Below, piece by piece: positions 10,201-23,400 of a DNA stretch of 64,000 bases (position 1 is its first letter; each line of letters begins with the position of its first letter). Source of the DNA: a virus; the IMG/VR virus record IMGVR_UViG_3300021963_000035, positions 64,001 to 128,000 of that record, one strand, 5' to 3'. Below the pieces are notes generated by a model. The model was not told the origin of the DNA. It saw nothing but the letters and a program-made list of their open reading frames with translations, and searched no databases. Made by a program: the position numbers and the translations under genes.

Positions 10201-10531
10201 TGTTGAAAGAGTAGAAGGTCGTGTTTACTATGTAAGTACTGATCAGGATGGTAATTTTAGAGTAGGGGATTACTTTAAAGTCGATCAAGCAACTGGTAGA
10301 GCAACACTTAATGCCAGCGCATTTGATTTGACTGGTTTAACAGCATTACGTTTGGGTTCCATAGGAGCACAAATCGGAGAATCGATTAACGAATTTAGTT
10401 CAGACGGTACTATGAGCGGAAATTCGAATTTAGCAGTACCGACCGAACAAGCGGTAAAGACTTACGTGGATACACAACTGGCTAACACTTATGGTTTGAT
10501 TGTTGCCCAGGCGGTAGCACTAGGAGCATAA
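7202..10531 (+). CDS. Tail fibre/spike with tandem CBM5/12-like repeats and a pectin-lyase-like beta-helix region
   Basis: About 11 repeats of W/Y.G.(W/Y)....Y..GD.V.YGG..Y, then [13 protein letters not shown]...AF.TI..A...[10 protein letters not shown] (beta-helix entry motif). Late box at 7162-7167. Confidence 0.8.
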   Translation: MAEFKLGRLRFVWKGAWNTSTAYVRDDVIRYGGKVYVCVALHTSSSNVAGGFYSDLNDATPKWQLMNDGQAWASNWAQTTYYKISDIVRYGGRSYICILGHTSATTSLGLENDSAKWELLNDGIDYKGSWASTTRYKYNDLVTYGGQLYICTTYHTSGASFDLTKWTLFASGLQFEGVYSAGTTYQPGDVVSYGSNAYVATQTTIGNLPTNATYWTPITTGIQFRGAYSAGTPYKKGDIVSYSSYSYVANQDTTGNAPDNATYWDILTPGFAYFGSYAGGTTYQKGDTVGYGGFRYVAKSTTTGNLPTNATYWDVFTKGYTFIGTYSGATAYKPGELVAYGGNFYAAKADTTGNDPSNATYWDVFTKGYDFKSSYSGATTYKVGDVVSYGPRLYLCIQQGSGNLPTNASYWSLFVDAVGWKGTYADATAYVIGDIVRYGGRSYVCILGHTSNTAGNIEPPNATYWALLSSGMSWKGTWSSATEYELDDVVEYSSSSWISIDSDNLNQQPDTSPLKWNLVAQAGTLSAVLTTRGDMYFKNQAGAIARLPIGTNGQILVASSAGDPVWENNNYSANVYYVSPQGSNSNDGRSKNRAFLTIAYACTQVTGPATIFVAAGTYTEALPIIIPASVHICGDGQRTTIIQPQAGDETKTMFRMSNGSQLSRVTMTGLNGFSKSGVTPEDITAATLGGVFVALNSASPVTTKSPYVMECAAISSGGCGALVDGSLHASGNKSMVFHSYTNIHDQGVGLWVSNGARVETVSLFTYYCDFGYATTAGGIIRSLNGNNSYGLYGSVSSGVDAGETPITGTLYGNMLTWSNLTLSGGSLSVGNVLQGLTSGTTARILNVQEASNRVIYKIISGGPFVVGETIRDNTTLATATVAAGGVTGQKGYTVVVSGFTTQPQAGGSLTITGDSTKYVIQAVSEWTLSGTGYKPAGYAVLSLTGDKTTASNDGTAASIRYQYSKIRLTGHDFLNIGTGGTVTTNYPGTPTQAPVQANEVVERVEGRVYYVSTDQDGNFRVGDYFKVDQATGRATLNASAFDLTGLTALRLGSIGAQIGESINEFSSDGTMSGNSNLAVPTEQAVKTYVDTQLANTYGLIVAQAVALGA
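7720..8460 (+). repeat. Tandem ~147-nt (49-aa) coding repeats within the fibre gene
   Basis: CTAATGCAACCTATTGGGA(C/T)GTGTTTACCAAAGGTTAC occurs at 8124 and 8271 (147 nt apart, 1 mismatch); GN.P.NA(T/S)YW recurs five times. Confidence 0.85.
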
Positions 10532-10553
10532 ATACACTAAAGGGTGCATTACA

Positions 10554-13500
10554 ATGGCAAAAAGACTTATATTTGATTACACATTTGATCCTGCAAACGA
10601 TAAGATCACAGTTGATGGAAATGTAGCAACACGACGTTTACTACTAATCACAAACGTCACTAGAAACATAGTTCTATTCAATTTCGCAGATACAACTAAA
10701 AAAGTTTTATCTAGAACATATGATAACACATACGAAACAACTTCGTTTGTGATGCAGTATGATTGTGCTGCGATGAGCGCAACTGATGAGATACAGATTT
10801 TCATCGAAGATGAAGCAGCTAAATTTTCACCAGAAGAACCATTACTGGATCCAGTAAACAAGTTCCGTGTATCTCAACCAAATACGTTGATCGATACTGA
10901 CTTTGAATACGGATTACAAGCTTCTAAATGGGAAACACTTGAGCGTGTAAACGAAGTTCCTGCTTTCTATGCAGCCACAGGTGATGTGCCATTGACAATT
11001 ATTTCAGATGTTACAGTCAACGGAACAAGAACAGTTACAGTAACTTGCTCTAGTTCACATGGTCTTGCTACAGGTACTCCGTTAGATGTTAGAGGTCTTG
11101 ATAGTTCAACAGCAGAAGGCACATTTGTTGTTAAAAGAACATCAGATTTAAGTTTTACTTTTGATGCTAAAGCAGTACAAAGAGGTACAGTAAGTGTTCC
11201 AGTAAGTATTTTTACTCCATATGCTAGCATTACTCCAGGCCGTTACTATGTAGGATCTACAATTGCTGCGGATAATACTGTTACTAATTTAAGTGGTCCA
11301 ATGACTACTGATGCACAGGCATCTAGCACAGTAACTATCACAACTCCATATTACCACGGTTTTAAAACTAATGCAACATTCTATCTGGCTAACACCCTAC
11401 CAAGATACACTCAAAGTTTTAACCCAGTAAGTATTACCAACGGTGGAGATGTTGACGATCGTTCAACATTGTTAGGTCAGTTAAGCAGCTTTACAGCAAC
11501 TATTTCTACTACAACATTGACTGTTAACGCATCCCCAACTCCAACTGGTTACATTACTATTGGTCAACGTGTTGTTGGCTCTGGTGTAACAGCTGGTACA
11601 TATATTACAGCACTAGGTACTGGTACAGGTGCTAATGGTACTTACACAATTTCAGTGTCTCAGACTGTTGGTTCTGCAACAGCAATGACTGGACAAGGTT
11701 TAGGAACTGGTGAAATTAAAGTCCTAGAACCATTCCACGAAGGTGTTATACGCAGAGATATTATCGCCACAAACATATCAATCGTTACTCACTATATCAC
11801 TATTCCAAATCACGGATTAGCCACAGGTGACATGATAGCATATGTAGGAGCTGCTTCTACTGGCTCTATTCCACAGATCGCAGCACTAGGCACTGGACGA
11901 TTTACTCTTTCATCTGGTCAAATTCCTACCTGGTCAACTTCTAACAGCGGTATGTTATATGCTGTAGTGATTGATCAAAATAACATAAGAGTGGCAAGTA
12001 ATGCCAAAGATGCATATGACGGCACTAACCTAATTCAATTTACAGGTACTGGTTCTCTAACACAGACTTTTGCACTATTCAAGAGAGGTAGTGATCTTAC
12101 TCCTGTAATTTCTAGCATAGCAGCAACTAGCGGTCAGTCTACCTATACATTTACACTAGCTTCTGGAACTAACGAAAGCAATAAGATCTTTCCTAAGAGA
12201 CAGATCACTATCGCTAACTCAATCAGTAATCTAAGTGGTGTGTTCGTAGTTCAGAGCACAAACTGGACTGCTACTGGCACTACATTCGTAGCAGCCGGTC
12301 CTACAAACAGTTCTGGTGTGTTGATTAACTCTGGTGTATCACAGACTTATACATTAGCCACAGCAAATACAGCAAACACCGCAGCCAATGGAACAACCAG
12401 TTTCTTACGTTATGATCCATTAGTAACACCTAGTTCATTTACAGCATCTATCTCAACAACTACGATGAGCGTTAGTGCTATCACTAGTGGAGCAATTACA
12501 GTTGGTGAGACTATCCAAGGACCTGGCGTTTCTGCTGGAACTACCGTTACCGCACAATTAACTGCAACAAACGCTGCCGCAGCTACACCAACTGCTACAG
12601 GTACTGTATCAACAAATACTATTGTTGTATCTAGTGCTACTGGTATCGCAGTAGGACAGTTTGTAACCAGCGCAAGTGGTGTTCCGAGCAACACATTTGT
12701 CACAGCTATTAGCGGAACAACTGTTACACTAAGCAATAATTTAACAGCCGGTATTACTAGCCAAACAGTAAACTTCTATACAGCAGGGCAAACTGGTACA
12801 TACACTGTGAGTGTAAGCCAAACAGTTAGCCCAGCAGTTGCAATGACTGATGCGAGATTCAGGATTTACCTACACGATCAACAATGGATCAACCACTTGC
12901 GTCTAAGTCACCATGACTGGTACAGTATTAGTGCTATGACTTTCACTAGACAAAACGTTCTAAGTGACAGTATCTACATTAAGAATCACGGTCTAAGTAC
13001 AGCTGAACCGTTAATCTTTATCGGCGGCGGTAACACTTGGACATCAGGTGTTACACCTCCAAGTGATGGAGCAATTTATTTTGCATCTGTAACTAACGCA
13101 GATGAAATCCAACTAAGAACAACACAGACGATTTCTGGTACAGGACCTTATGGTTCGGCTGTAGGTGCTACTGCTGTTAACTTTAACACAGCTAACACAT
13201 TAGTTGGTGGTATCTATCATTTACACCCTGGTTTCTCTGTAAGCAACTTTACAGCACAAGGTGCAACAGGTGGTGCTGGTAATGGTCGTGACAGAGCGAT
13301 TGCTACCTTCCAAACAGCTCCTGGTTACTTAACAGAAGGATGCCCGGTAATTTTAACTCAAGGTACTGGTTCAACATTACCTACGCCGTTGACAAACACT
13401 CCTAACACTTATGCTTCTTATCAAAAGTATTATGTTAGAACTATTATGTTAGGTAATACAGGAACTCCAGTATTTGAATTCTCACTAGCATTAACGCCAA

Positions 13501-16500
13501 GTGGTACACCGGTTAACTTTACCGGTGCAACTACAGCTGGAGCTGGTATTTTCTTTGTCACAAGAATTGAAGAAAACTTATATTCTAACAGCTTCTGGTT
13601 ACTCAATCACGGTGGCACATCAACTAACCAAGCAGTGGGCGGAACTGGACAACAAGGCGGATATCCAACTGCATTAGACTATCCTGGTCCGTTATTTGAC
13701 TTTATCAGTGACGTTAACAACGTTCGTTATACTCGTGCTAAGATGCAGTTAACAGCACCTACCGCTGCTACAGGATTGACCAGTGGTAACACATATTACT
13801 GCGTTCCTGTAAACAATAATTGCTTTAAAGTGCAAGATTATGCAGCTACACAGTTACCAACAGGTAATAACACAGTTCAAATTACTGCAATTACCAGCAC
13901 AACGACCAGCCATGCATTTACCAGCAGATTAATTCAAAACATTACTGCAAACAGAATTATTGTTCCGTTTGAAAGTCAAAACCTGATCGAGAATGCTATT
14001 GTTCGTTATGAAAATCGAGGAACCAGTGATATTGTAGCTTACAACTTTACTGGTGTTATTCCTGGTTTGATCAACAATCAGCAGTATCTAATAAGAAATG
14101 CTAACAACGTTTATTATAATGTAGTTGGCCGTGTTGATGGCAATTATACTGCTGCTGCTACTTCTATTTTAGTGACTAGTACATCAGGTCTAGCCACAGG
14201 AGCAACAATTAGAATTGGTTCGGAAGACATGACCATTACTAATATTGCGTCTTTAACATTAACTGTTACAAGAGCAGTAAATGGAACAACCTCAGCGATT
14301 ATTTCAGATGGTGCTGTAATTAAACGTCGTTACGGTCACTTCCAATTGTATACGACCACACAGTTTGTACCTCGTTTAGTTAACGGTGGTGCAGCTGATA
14401 CTACTAGAAAGACTATTCTATTGGCCAACCACGGTTTGAAACCAGGCGAAACAATGGTTTTTGTTTCAACAACAACTGGTGCAGTTACAACTGGTGCAGG
14501 TACTATTACCCTAGCAGCAGGCGATCTGTACTATGCTATTGTTGAAGACGAAAACAACTTTGGTGTGGCGATTACAGAAGCATTGGCATATGCCAGCTTC
14601 CCAATCAACATCACTACGGCAGGTACTGCGTGGGTATTCCTACAATACTATGCAGCAGCACCGTTGACTGGTTTAGCCAGCTCTGCTGTACAGCACAGAT
14701 TAGTTGATTGTTCAGCTACAGGAGCATTCGACGGTGGGTATACAGCATCGGCTGTAACTAACACAACGATCCAATTGCCAACAGGTCTAAGTGTTCCGCA
14801 ACGTGTATTAACATTTGATCCTAACTTTGTTCTAAATCAACAAAACGGTGAATTCTATATTCAAAACCACGGATTTCAAACAGGAACAGCAGTCACTTAT
14901 AGCAAAGGTTCATTAACATTTGCAATCGGCGAAGGATCAGGACAACCGTATACAGGTTATATCTCATTAACCAACAATACAACATATTATGTTGTTCGTA
15001 GAAGCTTAAACGCTTTCTGTTTAGCAACTACCAAGGCCAATGCTATCGCAGGTACCGTATTGAAGGGATTTAGTGGTCCTGGTTCTGCTCCAACTGGTGG
15101 TGTAGGTCATACATTTACTACTAGCCAGATGTGGGGTGAATCACTTGCTCCAGGTCTAGCAACTATCGTTGCACGTGACTTGACATTTAACGGGTCTAGC
15201 TCAACTGTTATTCAGGCTTCAACTGATCGTGTTGTAGTTAATAATCACGGTTTGGTAACTGGCGACCGTGTCATTTATCAGGTTTGGGCCAACGGCGGTC
15301 AGGTAAACGGTTTAGTAAACGGAAGAACATATTTCGTTTCTAACACAGTGTTTACCGGCGCAACAGCTGGTGGTGCTGCATCAGGACAAACAGCTAACCA
15401 GTTCTCATTACACAACACATGGGTAGGTGCTTATACCAATACAGACCGTGTTGACATCTTAGGTGTTGGTCGTGGTTCTGTGCATACATTAAAAGTATCT
15501 AACCCAACATTAGTTGGTAATTCATATAGAGGTGAATGGAACTCGGCAGACGGTTACAGATTCGGTGATATCGTACTGTTTAGAAATGCCTACTATATGT
15601 CATTAACTGGTATTACTGGTAACCTAAATTCAGGTAACCAGCCAGTGGTAACTGCAACCGGTTTGTATTCAACAGATTGGCAACCAGTACTGAATTTGCC
15701 TGCTTATCAGACCAAGTTCTTAACAACTTATCGTTCTGGTGACACTATCAAGTTATCAAATACAGCATTGCGTAGAACATTACCGTTCGATGCTAGCACA
15801 GCGGTTAGTGCCGCAGATAACACCATTACTATCACTAACCACAGATTAAACACTGGTGATTGTGTAATATATCGTGTAGACGGATTCGGTACTAACTTTG
15901 CAGGAACTGGTGCTAACCATTACTACTCAGGTAGCACAGGTAACAGTCTAGCAGCGGTTCCAGTTCCCGGATTGAATCCAAACCAGGTTTACTATGTAAA
16001 CGTAGGTGATGCTAACGTATTCACATTGTTTAACAGTTATGCAGAATGTATTCGAGGCGGTTCTGGTGATAGCGGTAACTTTGCTTACGCTGTAAACATT
16101 ACTGGTACAGGTACAGGTACTCAACATAAATTTGAGATCTTAGAAAATAGTACATTGGAATTGCAGGTTATTTCTGTAACTAGCGATACCGAAATGTTAG
16201 TTTCCGATCCATATACTGCTAAGGCTGTTACATTTAACCCGGCAGAAACTACAACAACTGTAGCTGGTTTAACATATCAGGTTGTTAACTTGGCCAACGA
16301 TGAAATCTTGATTCCAAATCACGGTTTTCTAACAGGTACAAAAGTAGTTTATACATTTGGACCTATTGGTTCAGGTTCTGCAATCGGTGGTTTAACAGAT
16401 GGTACTGCTTATTATGTAATCAAAGTTAACGATGATTTAATTAAATTAGCAACCACCGATCAAAACTCAGTTGCAGGTATTCCTCAAGACTTAACCACTA

Positions 16501-19226
16501 TTGGTTCTGGTGTGACACACTACTTGATCGCTACTACGATCTGTTCTAGCTCATTGGTTAGATTTGCAAGTGCAGGTACAGTTTCTAACAACAGTATATC
16601 AACAAGAAACTTCTATACCAGCCAGGTAGATGGAAACATCCGTAACGGTGTTTTAACTGGATTGCCAATTGTTCAAGAAACACAATTGTTACCACGCCCA
16701 GACTGCCAGAACGTACACAGACCGTTTGACGGCGGTGTTGAAATCAACGCTAGCAAGAGTCCAAACGTAAGTATCGTCCGTCAGACACGTAAGTATTTCC
16801 GTTATCAATCTGGTAAGGGCTTACAATGGTCAACTGGTTTGAACTTCAGCCCTAGCATTGACGTTAGCCGTATCACACACGATGGCACTACATTTGCCAC
16901 AGTTGTGACACGTCGTCCGCATCAACTATCAGTAGGATCAAAGATACAACTTGATCAGGTTGGCGCACAGAGCGAATACGAAGCAGTAAAATGCGAACGT
17001 GATTTAGGCTATTTCATTGACGGTGTTGGATACGACATTACCTTAGGTACAAATTATAATGCTGTATTCTTAGGTCTAGCTGATTACAACAGCCAAGAAA
17101 TTACTAATCCAGTTATTACTAACATCCAGAAAACTGGTGCTTATCTGTCTGCTTATACTATCGCAGATTCTACAGCTATTACTAGAAACAATGCTTTCTG
17201 GGCAGAAGTTGTAGACATCTTAAACAATGGTAGATCGGCTGCTGATACTGTAACATATACCAATCCAGGTACTGCTACAACATCACAGATTGCTGCTAAA
17301 GATAAGATAGTAGCTAACAGAACATTTATCACAGCAGAAATCAATGCTTGGGTAGCATTAACATACCCAGCATACGATCATGATGTTGCTAAGTGTACAC
17401 GTGACGTTAACTATGTTATCAATGCATATGCATATGATATTCTATATGGCGGAAACAGTGCTAGCTACGATGTCAGCAAATTCTTTAACTACTACTTCAC
17501 AGATGGTAGAACAGGAACTAGTTCAGATCACAGAGCACAAACTGTAGCAGCCTATAATAGACTAAAAACTATCCTTGGTCAAATCGTTCAAGGTATTGCA
17601 ATTACTAAGACTACTACAGGTTCTATGCCTAACACTGAATCACAAGTGACATCGGGCAACAATGCTACATCTGGTGATGCTGCTATAGTACAAGGTTTCG
17701 TAGATATTACTATCAGCCAAGTAAATGCAGTTTCACAGACCGCAGCTAACGTAGCACTAGCAGCCTTTACTAGAACTGCACCTAGCGTAACCTGGGCAGC
17801 AGCTGGTTTACAAACTGCTAAGACAGCTATCGATGCTGCCAAGACATCATTGATTGCTAACGTTGTTAGAGGAACTCCTTATACAGTACCAGACAACTCA
17901 AGTCCATTCTTTGTAGTGGCTAGTGTTGTAGATGACTTTACTATCACATATAGAACAAATGGTATTCCTGCAAATACAACACCGTACGGGTTCCCAAGAA
18001 TGTTTGTGTACACCTGGAACGATGCTAAAGTACGTGCAGGTGTATTTGACGATCAAAACGGTATGTTCTATGAATATGATGGTAAAGTGTTATACTGTGT
18101 CAAGAGATTCAGTACACAACAGTTGGGTGGTACATTATCAGTAGTGAAAGGTAGTAACACTGTTACAGGTGTTGACACTAACTTCACTGGTCAATTGACA
18201 CCTGGTAGCTTTATTGTTATCAGAGGTATGAGCTACAAGGTAACCCGTGTAGCCAGCAACACCAGTATTGATATTACTCCTGCTTACAGAGGATCAACAA
18301 AGGCTAGAGTACAAGCAACTAAAACCATTGATGAGAAATACGCTCAATATGAATGGAGTGTTGACAAGTGTGATGGAACAGGACGTCATGGATTTAATCT
18401 AGACATCCACAAGATGCAGATGGCCTACATCGACTTTAGCTGGTACGGTGCTGGTAAGATCCGTTTTGGATTTAAAGGCATCGACGGTCACGTGATTTAT
18501 GTACACGAGATCATCAACAATAACCATCAAACTGAAGCTTATCTACGTTCTGGTAACATACCAGCACGTTATGAGATCAGAAACGGTGATGCCCCAACTT
18601 ATGCACCAAGCTTGTATCACTGGGGTGCTTCGATGATCATGGACGGTGTGTTCGAAGACGACAAAGCTTACTTGTTCTCAGTAGCTTCTGGTTCAGGCGG
18701 CTCAGACACTATTAGTATTCCAACTAGCCGTGTAGGAACACCTTGTCCTGTATTGAGTCTACGTCTAGCACCTAGCGTTGACACAAACTTAGTAGGAGCA
18801 CTAGGAGAAAGAGATCTTATTAACCGAATGATTCTAGTGTTACAACAGGTTGGTATCGTTATTACATACGCAACAGCTGGTAAGACAACACCTGCTTCTA
18901 TTAGACTTGTTCTAAACGGTAGCTTGTCACAACAAGCATACTTCTCGTCCTACGGTGCTCCATCGTTGACACAGATCATTAAACATACTGGTCAAGTTAA
19001 CGATACTATCACAGGCGGATTGACGATTTATGAATTCCGTTGTACAGGTAACAACAGTACTGCACAAGATTTGAGCTCTCTAGCAGAATTGGGTAACAGT
19101 ATTACAGGTGGCGATTATGTATATCCAAACGGACCAGACATTATTACAATGTGCGTGGTTCCGACAGAAACTACAGATCCAACACTGGTTACTGCACGTA
19201 TTACCTGGACAGAATCTCAGGCTTAA
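10554..19226 (+). CDS. Giant modular virion protein (2890 aa), tail fibre/appendage
   Basis: S/T/G-rich; repeated I.NHG..TG..V.Y modules; core shared with 20484..25976 (IDxDFEYGLQ, RPxDGGV, RYQSGKG, FDDQNG, FSWYGAG, RLAPSV, NGPD, W.E.QA). Late box at 10529-10534. Confidence 0.8.
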   Translation: MAKRLIFDYTFDPANDKITVDGNVATRRLLLITNVTRNIVLFNFADTTKKVLSRTYDNTYETTSFVMQYDCAAMSATDEIQIFIEDEAAKFSPEEPLLDPVNKFRVSQPNTLIDTDFEYGLQASKWETLERVNEVPAFYAATGDVPLTIISDVTVNGTRTVTVTCSSSHGLATGTPLDVRGLDSSTAEGTFVVKRTSDLSFTFDAKAVQRGTVSVPVSIFTPYASITPGRYYVGSTIAADNTVTNLSGPMTTDAQASSTVTITTPYYHGFKTNATFYLANTLPRYTQSFNPVSITNGGDVDDRSTLLGQLSSFTATISTTTLTVNASPTPTGYITIGQRVVGSGVTAGTYITALGTGTGANGTYTISVSQTVGSATAMTGQGLGTGEIKVLEPFHEGVIRRDIIATNISIVTHYITIPNHGLATGDMIAYVGAASTGSIPQIAALGTGRFTLSSGQIPTWSTSNSGMLYAVVIDQNNIRVASNAKDAYDGTNLIQFTGTGSLTQTFALFKRGSDLTPVISSIAATSGQSTYTFTLASGTNESNKIFPKRQITIANSISNLSGVFVVQSTNWTATGTTFVAAGPTNSSGVLINSGVSQTYTLATANTANTAANGTTSFLRYDPLVTPSSFTASISTTTMSVSAITSGAITVGETIQGPGVSAGTTVTAQLTATNAAAATPTATGTVSTNTIVVSSATGIAVGQFVTSASGVPSNTFVTAISGTTVTLSNNLTAGITSQTVNFYTAGQTGTYTVSVSQTVSPAVAMTDARFRIYLHDQQWINHLRLSHHDWYSISAMTFTRQNVLSDSIYIKNHGLSTAEPLIFIGGGNTWTSGVTPPSDGAIYFASVTNADEIQLRTTQTISGTGPYGSAVGATAVNFNTANTLVGGIYHLHPGFSVSNFTAQGATGGAGNGRDRAIATFQTAPGYLTEGCPVILTQGTGSTLPTPLTNTPNTYASYQKYYVRTIMLGNTGTPVFEFSLALTPSGTPVNFTGATTAGAGIFFVTRIEENLYSNSFWLLNHGGTSTNQAVGGTGQQGGYPTALDYPGPLFDFISDVNNVRYTRAKMQLTAPTAATGLTSGNTYYCVPVNNNCFKVQDYAATQLPTGNNTVQITAITSTTTSHAFTSRLIQNITANRIIVPFESQNLIENAIVRYENRGTSDIVAYNFTGVIPGLINNQQYLIRNANNVYYNVVGRVDGNYTAAATSILVTSTSGLATGATIRIGSEDMTITNIASLTLTVTRAVNGTTSAIISDGAVIKRRYGHFQLYTTTQFVPRLVNGGAADTTRKTILLANHGLKPGETMVFVSTTTGAVTTGAGTITLAAGDLYYAIVEDENNFGVAITEALAYASFPINITTAGTAWVFLQYYAAAPLTGLASSAVQHRLVDCSATGAFDGGYTASAVTNTTIQLPTGLSVPQRVLTFDPNFVLNQQNGEFYIQNHGFQTGTAVTYSKGSLTFAIGEGSGQPYTGYISLTNNTTYYVVRRSLNAFCLATTKANAIAGTVLKGFSGPGSAPTGGVGHTFTTSQMWGESLAPGLATIVARDLTFNGSSSTVIQASTDRVVVNNHGLVTGDRVIYQVWANGGQVNGLVNGRTYFVSNTVFTGATAGGAASGQTANQFSLHNTWVGAYTNTDRVDILGVGRGSVHTLKVSNPTLVGNSYRGEWNSADGYRFGDIVLFRNAYYMSLTGITGNLNSGNQPVVTATGLYSTDWQPVLNLPAYQTKFLTTYRSGDTIKLSNTALRRTLPFDASTAVSAADNTITITNHRLNTGDCVIYRVDGFGTNFAGTGANHYYSGSTGNSLAAVPVPGLNPNQVYYVNVGDANVFTLFNSYAECIRGGSGDSGNFAYAVNITGTGTGTQHKFEILENSTLELQVISVTSDTEMLVSDPYTAKAVTFNPAETTTTVAGLTYQVVNLANDEILIPNHGFLTGTKVVYTFGPIGSGSAIGGLTDGTAYYVIKVNDDLIKLATTDQNSVAGIPQDLTTIGSGVTHYLIATTICSSSLVRFASAGTVSNNSISTRNFYTSQVDGNIRNGVLTGLPIVQETQLLPRPDCQNVHRPFDGGVEINASKSPNVSIVRQTRKYFRYQSGKGLQWSTGLNFSPSIDVSRITHDGTTFATVVTRRPHQLSVGSKIQLDQVGAQSEYEAVKCERDLGYFIDGVGYDITLGTNYNAVFLGLADYNSQEITNPVITNIQKTGAYLSAYTIADSTAITRNNAFWAEVVDILNNGRSAADTVTYTNPGTATTSQIAAKDKIVANRTFITAEINAWVALTYPAYDHDVAKCTRDVNYVINAYAYDILYGGNSASYDVSKFFNYYFTDGRTGTSSDHRAQTVAAYNRLKTILGQIVQGIAITKTTTGSMPNTESQVTSGNNATSGDAAIVQGFVDITISQVNAVSQTAANVALAAFTRTAPSVTWAAAGLQTAKTAIDAAKTSLIANVVRGTPYTVPDNSSPFFVVASVVDDFTITYRTNGIPANTTPYGFPRMFVYTWNDAKVRAGVFDDQNGMFYEYDGKVLYCVKRFSTQQLGGTLSVVKGSNTVTGVDTNFTGQLTPGSFIVIRGMSYKVTRVASNTSIDITPAYRGSTKARVQATKTIDEKYAQYEWSVDKCDGTGRHGFNLDIHKMQMAYIDFSWYGAGKIRFGFKGIDGHVIYVHEIINNNHQTEAYLRSGNIPARYEIRNGDAPTYAPSLYHWGASMIMDGVFEDDKAYLFSVASGSGGSDTISIPTSRVGTPCPVLSLRLAPSVDTNLVGALGERDLINRMILVLQQVGIVITYATAGKTTPASIRLVLNGSLSQQAYFSSYGAPSLTQIIKHTGQVNDTITGGLTIYEFRCTGNNSTAQDLSSLAELGNSITGGDYVYPNGPDIITMCVVPTETTDPTLVTARITWTESQA

Positions 19227-19239
19227 TCCGAAAGGCACC

Positions 19240-19271
19240 AAAAACCCCACTACACGGTGGGGTTTTTTTTT
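19240..19271 (+). terminator. Rho-independent terminator
   Basis: AAAAACCCCACT-ACAC-GGTGGGGTTTTTTTTT. Confidence 0.9.
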
Positions 19272-19311
19272 GAATTAGAAACTGCTAAATATTAGATAGG
19301 ACTATAATAAA

Positions 19312-20472
19312 ATGGCCGGAAAAGACATTGTTGCAACCAGATTGCGTTTATCAGAACCTGCTTCTAAATTAATTAGGCAGGGATCTAGAGGTGAAGTAAC
19401 TTACGATTTTGAGTTTAACACTCTGCGACTTTATAATCAGGATCAACCGGGCGGATATACTCTGCTAAGATCTGATCTAAGCAATTTACCTACAAATATT
19501 ACATTAGGAACAGTTAATGTTACTGGCAACATTTCTGCTAACGTGGTTATTCCACAAGGCGGACAATTAACTGTTAATAATGCTAGCGGAGTGGCAGGTA
19601 CTATTAACGATACTCCACTTTCTTTTGAGATTAAATCCACAACTAATGTAACCAGAGTGGCTGTAAGAAATTCAGCTAATACAGCTAAAGTGTATGTTTA
19701 CGAAAACGGAACACTGAGTTTAGAATCTAACAGCTCAACATCAATTACTGCTAATGGTATTAATTTAACATCGAGTGGTGCTCTTACATTAACTGCACCA
19801 GAAAAAATCGTCGTGCAAGGTGTTAGTATAGAAGGAACAGAATTAAACACAACAGATTCTAGCGAACTTAGAGTTTTATCCGAAATGCATCATTTTGGTA
19901 AAGTTCGCTTTGAAGATGAATTGATCATTCATAACACAATAGTACCTCAGTTATCTAATATTAACATTGGTACAACCTTAAAAAGATTTAACAATTTGTA
20001 TCTAGGATCTACAGGATCCGTACAAATTGGATCACTGACACTAACTCGTGAATCGGGTACAGGTCAATTAGTTTCATCAGATGGATTCCATGCAGCTGAT
20101 ACCAGCGATTTAAGACATTTAAATTTAAGCGGTGTCTTTAACATTCGCGAAGATAACTATGACGGCAGTACATTCCCGGCACAGGTAACTATTACAACAT
20201 CAAGTAGTGCATATACTGGTGGCGCAGGTCAAACTGTGTATTCTAACAACGCCACACCAGTGAGCGGAGTAAAATACGGTATAGTACCAGATACTAACAA
20301 AGGATATACTTTAGGTAACCCTAATCGTCTTTGGGATAAATTATATTCTAGACAGATTAATTTTGATGACGGCACAACAATGACTACAGCACCAGAAACT
20401 AACCCACTGGTAGCTACCAAAGTATATTCAACAAGGAAAAGCCTAGCACTCAGCATTGCGTTGGGTAGTTAA
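19312..20472 (+). CDS. Fibre adaptor-like structural protein
   Basis: GEVTYD....TLRLY.....GG N-terminal module, beta-rich body, C-terminal LALSIALGS. Late box at 19286-19291. Confidence 0.65.
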   Translation: MAGKDIVATRLRLSEPASKLIRQGSRGEVTYDFEFNTLRLYNQDQPGGYTLLRSDLSNLPTNITLGTVNVTGNISANVVIPQGGQLTVNNASGVAGTINDTPLSFEIKSTTNVTRVAVRNSANTAKVYVYENGTLSLESNSSTSITANGINLTSSGALTLTAPEKIVVQGVSIEGTELNTTDSSELRVLSEMHHFGKVRFEDELIIHNTIVPQLSNINIGTTLKRFNNLYLGSTGSVQIGSLTLTRESGTGQLVSSDGFHAADTSDLRHLNLSGVFNIREDNYDGSTFPAQVTITTSSSAYTGGAGQTVYSNNATPVSGVKYGIVPDTNKGYTLGNPNRLWDKLYSRQINFDDGTTMTTAPETNPLVATKVYSTRKSLALSIALGS

Positions 20473-20483
20473 TGGAGAAATAA

Positions 20484-23400
20484 ATGGCAAAAAGAAAAAT
20501 AGACAGTTACATATTTGCACCAGGAACATCGACAAATTCTAATGCATACCCTAATGCTTATGCTTTATTATTAGCAAACAGAAGTTATCTCCTAGCAGAG
20601 TCAACTGCCTACATACAGAATCAAATTTCTAATAATGTTCCTGCTTTTGTAGGATTTAATTATGATCCAGTGAAGTGCCAAAGAGACACTGGATATGTGA
20701 TTGATGCATATCTTAATGATCTACGTTACGGCGGTAACAGGCAGACTAGAGAAGTAGTATCTTATTATTGGGATGGTACTACTCCTCAAATCGGAGGCAC
20801 AAGAGCACCAGAGATAGCAGTTTACAATTGGTTAATTGGTGTTATAAACACATACATATTAACCAAAACTCTAGCACCTTCATATCAATTTTCTGTAGTA
20901 CAGACAACAACAGGTTCGGCAGCTGAGGGCGGAGCTTCTGCAAGACTTACGACACTGAATACTATCACAGTTAATGTTATTACTAATGGACTATCTTCTT
21001 TGCCTGCATTGGTAAATGGTGTAGGAACATTAAAGATCCCAGAAAAGATCGATCTCGAAAATTTCTTATTGATCTCTAATGTAACAAAAAATGCTATCAT
21101 GTATGATTTCACTGATCCTACAGTGGGAATTACGGTTGATATCAAAGCATCTAAAGATGAAAATTTTCCTACTGCTTTACAAGGTAACGATGGATTTACA
21201 GTTGTACATTTTGTAACAGATACTTCGACCTATTCTTCGGACGACGAGATACAGATATTTGTAGAGAATAAAGAACAGATCACAAGACCTTGGAATTTTG
21301 GTACAGATGCGATCGAACGTATGCGTGTAGCTGCTCCACAGGCTATGATTGACGCTGACTTTGAATATGGATTACAGCCGACTAAGTGGCAGGCTATTAC
21401 ATCAAACAGAGGATATCCATCTACATTTGAAATTCCAGGTAGCGATTTAATTGTTACCGATGTTAGAACAGACGCTTCAACAGGATCTAATAATATTGGA
21501 CCTAGTCTAATCACCGTTACAACCAGCTCCCCTCACTTTTTGATTGCGGGCCAACCTATTACCATTAAAGCATTAGCATCAACTGTTTTAGGTTTTAGTC
21601 GAGCTGAAGGTACTTTTATTGTTAACACAGTACCTACTGCAACAAGCTTTACATATTATGCAAAATCTAAAGTAGGAACAGTTGATCAGGAAGTTGTAGC
21701 AACATCATACACTCAGCTAAGACGTGCAGGTTTTTACACTGGTGCTAGCTTAGGATCGGCTGCATTTACGGTTGATAGTCCCGGCAGCAGTGGTACAATC
21801 ACTGCCAGTTTAAATGTTCCATCGGGAGCCAGCATTATTCCGTTTACTGGCACAGCGCCTCCCGTTAATGCTCCTATTACTTCGGCAACGAATATTACTG
21901 CTGGTACTCAGTTTACATCTATATTAGGAAGTGGCGGCACAGTAACTACTAAAACTATCGCAGAAAATAGCCAGATAGGTGATAATAGTATTACAATAGA
22001 TAATGTTACCAATGTTCAAACTGGTCTAGTGGTTAACAACGGAACAGGATCTTCCGCAGCAGTTACTAGCGTGGTGGGAAATGTTGTGACACTTAATTCA
22101 CCGATCACTGCATTTAGACAAGGTATTAGCGGAACATATACTGGAATTTCTGGTACCAGCATAGGTACTCTAGGAACAGGATTAAGCCTTAACTTGTATA
22201 ATTCTGCTGGAACGTATTCACTATTAACTTTTAATAATCAAGGAACAGGTTATTCTGTTAACGATGTATTGGAGATTTCCGGTACTTCTGTTAATGTGTA
22301 TGAAACTACTCAGTTGTTAATGCACTTTGACGGCGGTAATAATTCTACAGTATTCTTAGATGAGACTGGAAAAACTTTTACATTATTCGGAAATGCTGTA
22401 GTATCTACTACTCAGAGCGTTTTTGGGGGTTCTAGTTTTAGAGTTAATAATACTCTAGGAGCAACACCGGCCGCCGGTTATATTACTACTGCTACAACAA
22501 ATAAATTACGATTAGGTATTAGTGATTACACCATTGAATTTAGAATAAGAATAACTACCGGTGGAAATGATCAGGCTATTTTAGATTTTAGATCACAGGC
22601 AGTCGATAACGCTTTATTAATTGGATTAACAAATTCTAACGCGGTATATGTATATTCTAACGGTGCAATAGTTGCCCAAGGTGGCTCTGCTCTAGCCCTA
22701 AATACTTGGTATCATGTAGCAGTAAGCAGAGCCAACGGTGACATTACTATTGCGCTTAATGGAGCTAACGACAATTTAGCTGGCCCATATACTGATACAA
22801 ACAATTATAATATAGATGTTCCTTTAAGAATTGGTGCCGATTACAGCGGACAGTATGGTGCCGCAGCATTCGTAGACGAAGTCAGAATTACCTTAGGTGT
22901 AACTAGATATCCAACATATCCGTTTACAATTCCAGCAAGTGCGTTTGGCCCAGATTCAGTTGGTACTACCAGCAATGGTGCTATCATCAGAGTAACCGGA
23001 ATAGGCCCATCTGGAGAAGTTGCTACTATACAGACATTGAATACTGGCACCGCACCAGGAAATAGTGGTCAAGAATACTATTACCTAAGTCCAACCCCGA
23101 TACCTGGTCAAGGTTCAGGTGCGGTCTTTACAGTTAGAAGACAATCAGGAACATATTCTGTAGTAGCAGTAACTACTCCAGGTACTAATTATCAATCAAA
23201 CAATAAAATACGAGTGTTAGGTACTGCTCTAGGAGGAGCAACCCCGGCGAACGATTTAGTCATTGAAGTTGGAGTAGTTCTAGGTACAGGAGTTTCTACT
23301 GCTAGTGCATTTAGCGGAACAGCATCAACCACAGGCACTTCTTTAGCATTTTTATCGTCGGTGTCATTGAATGCCGTAACAACTGGTGCTATTACCAGTG

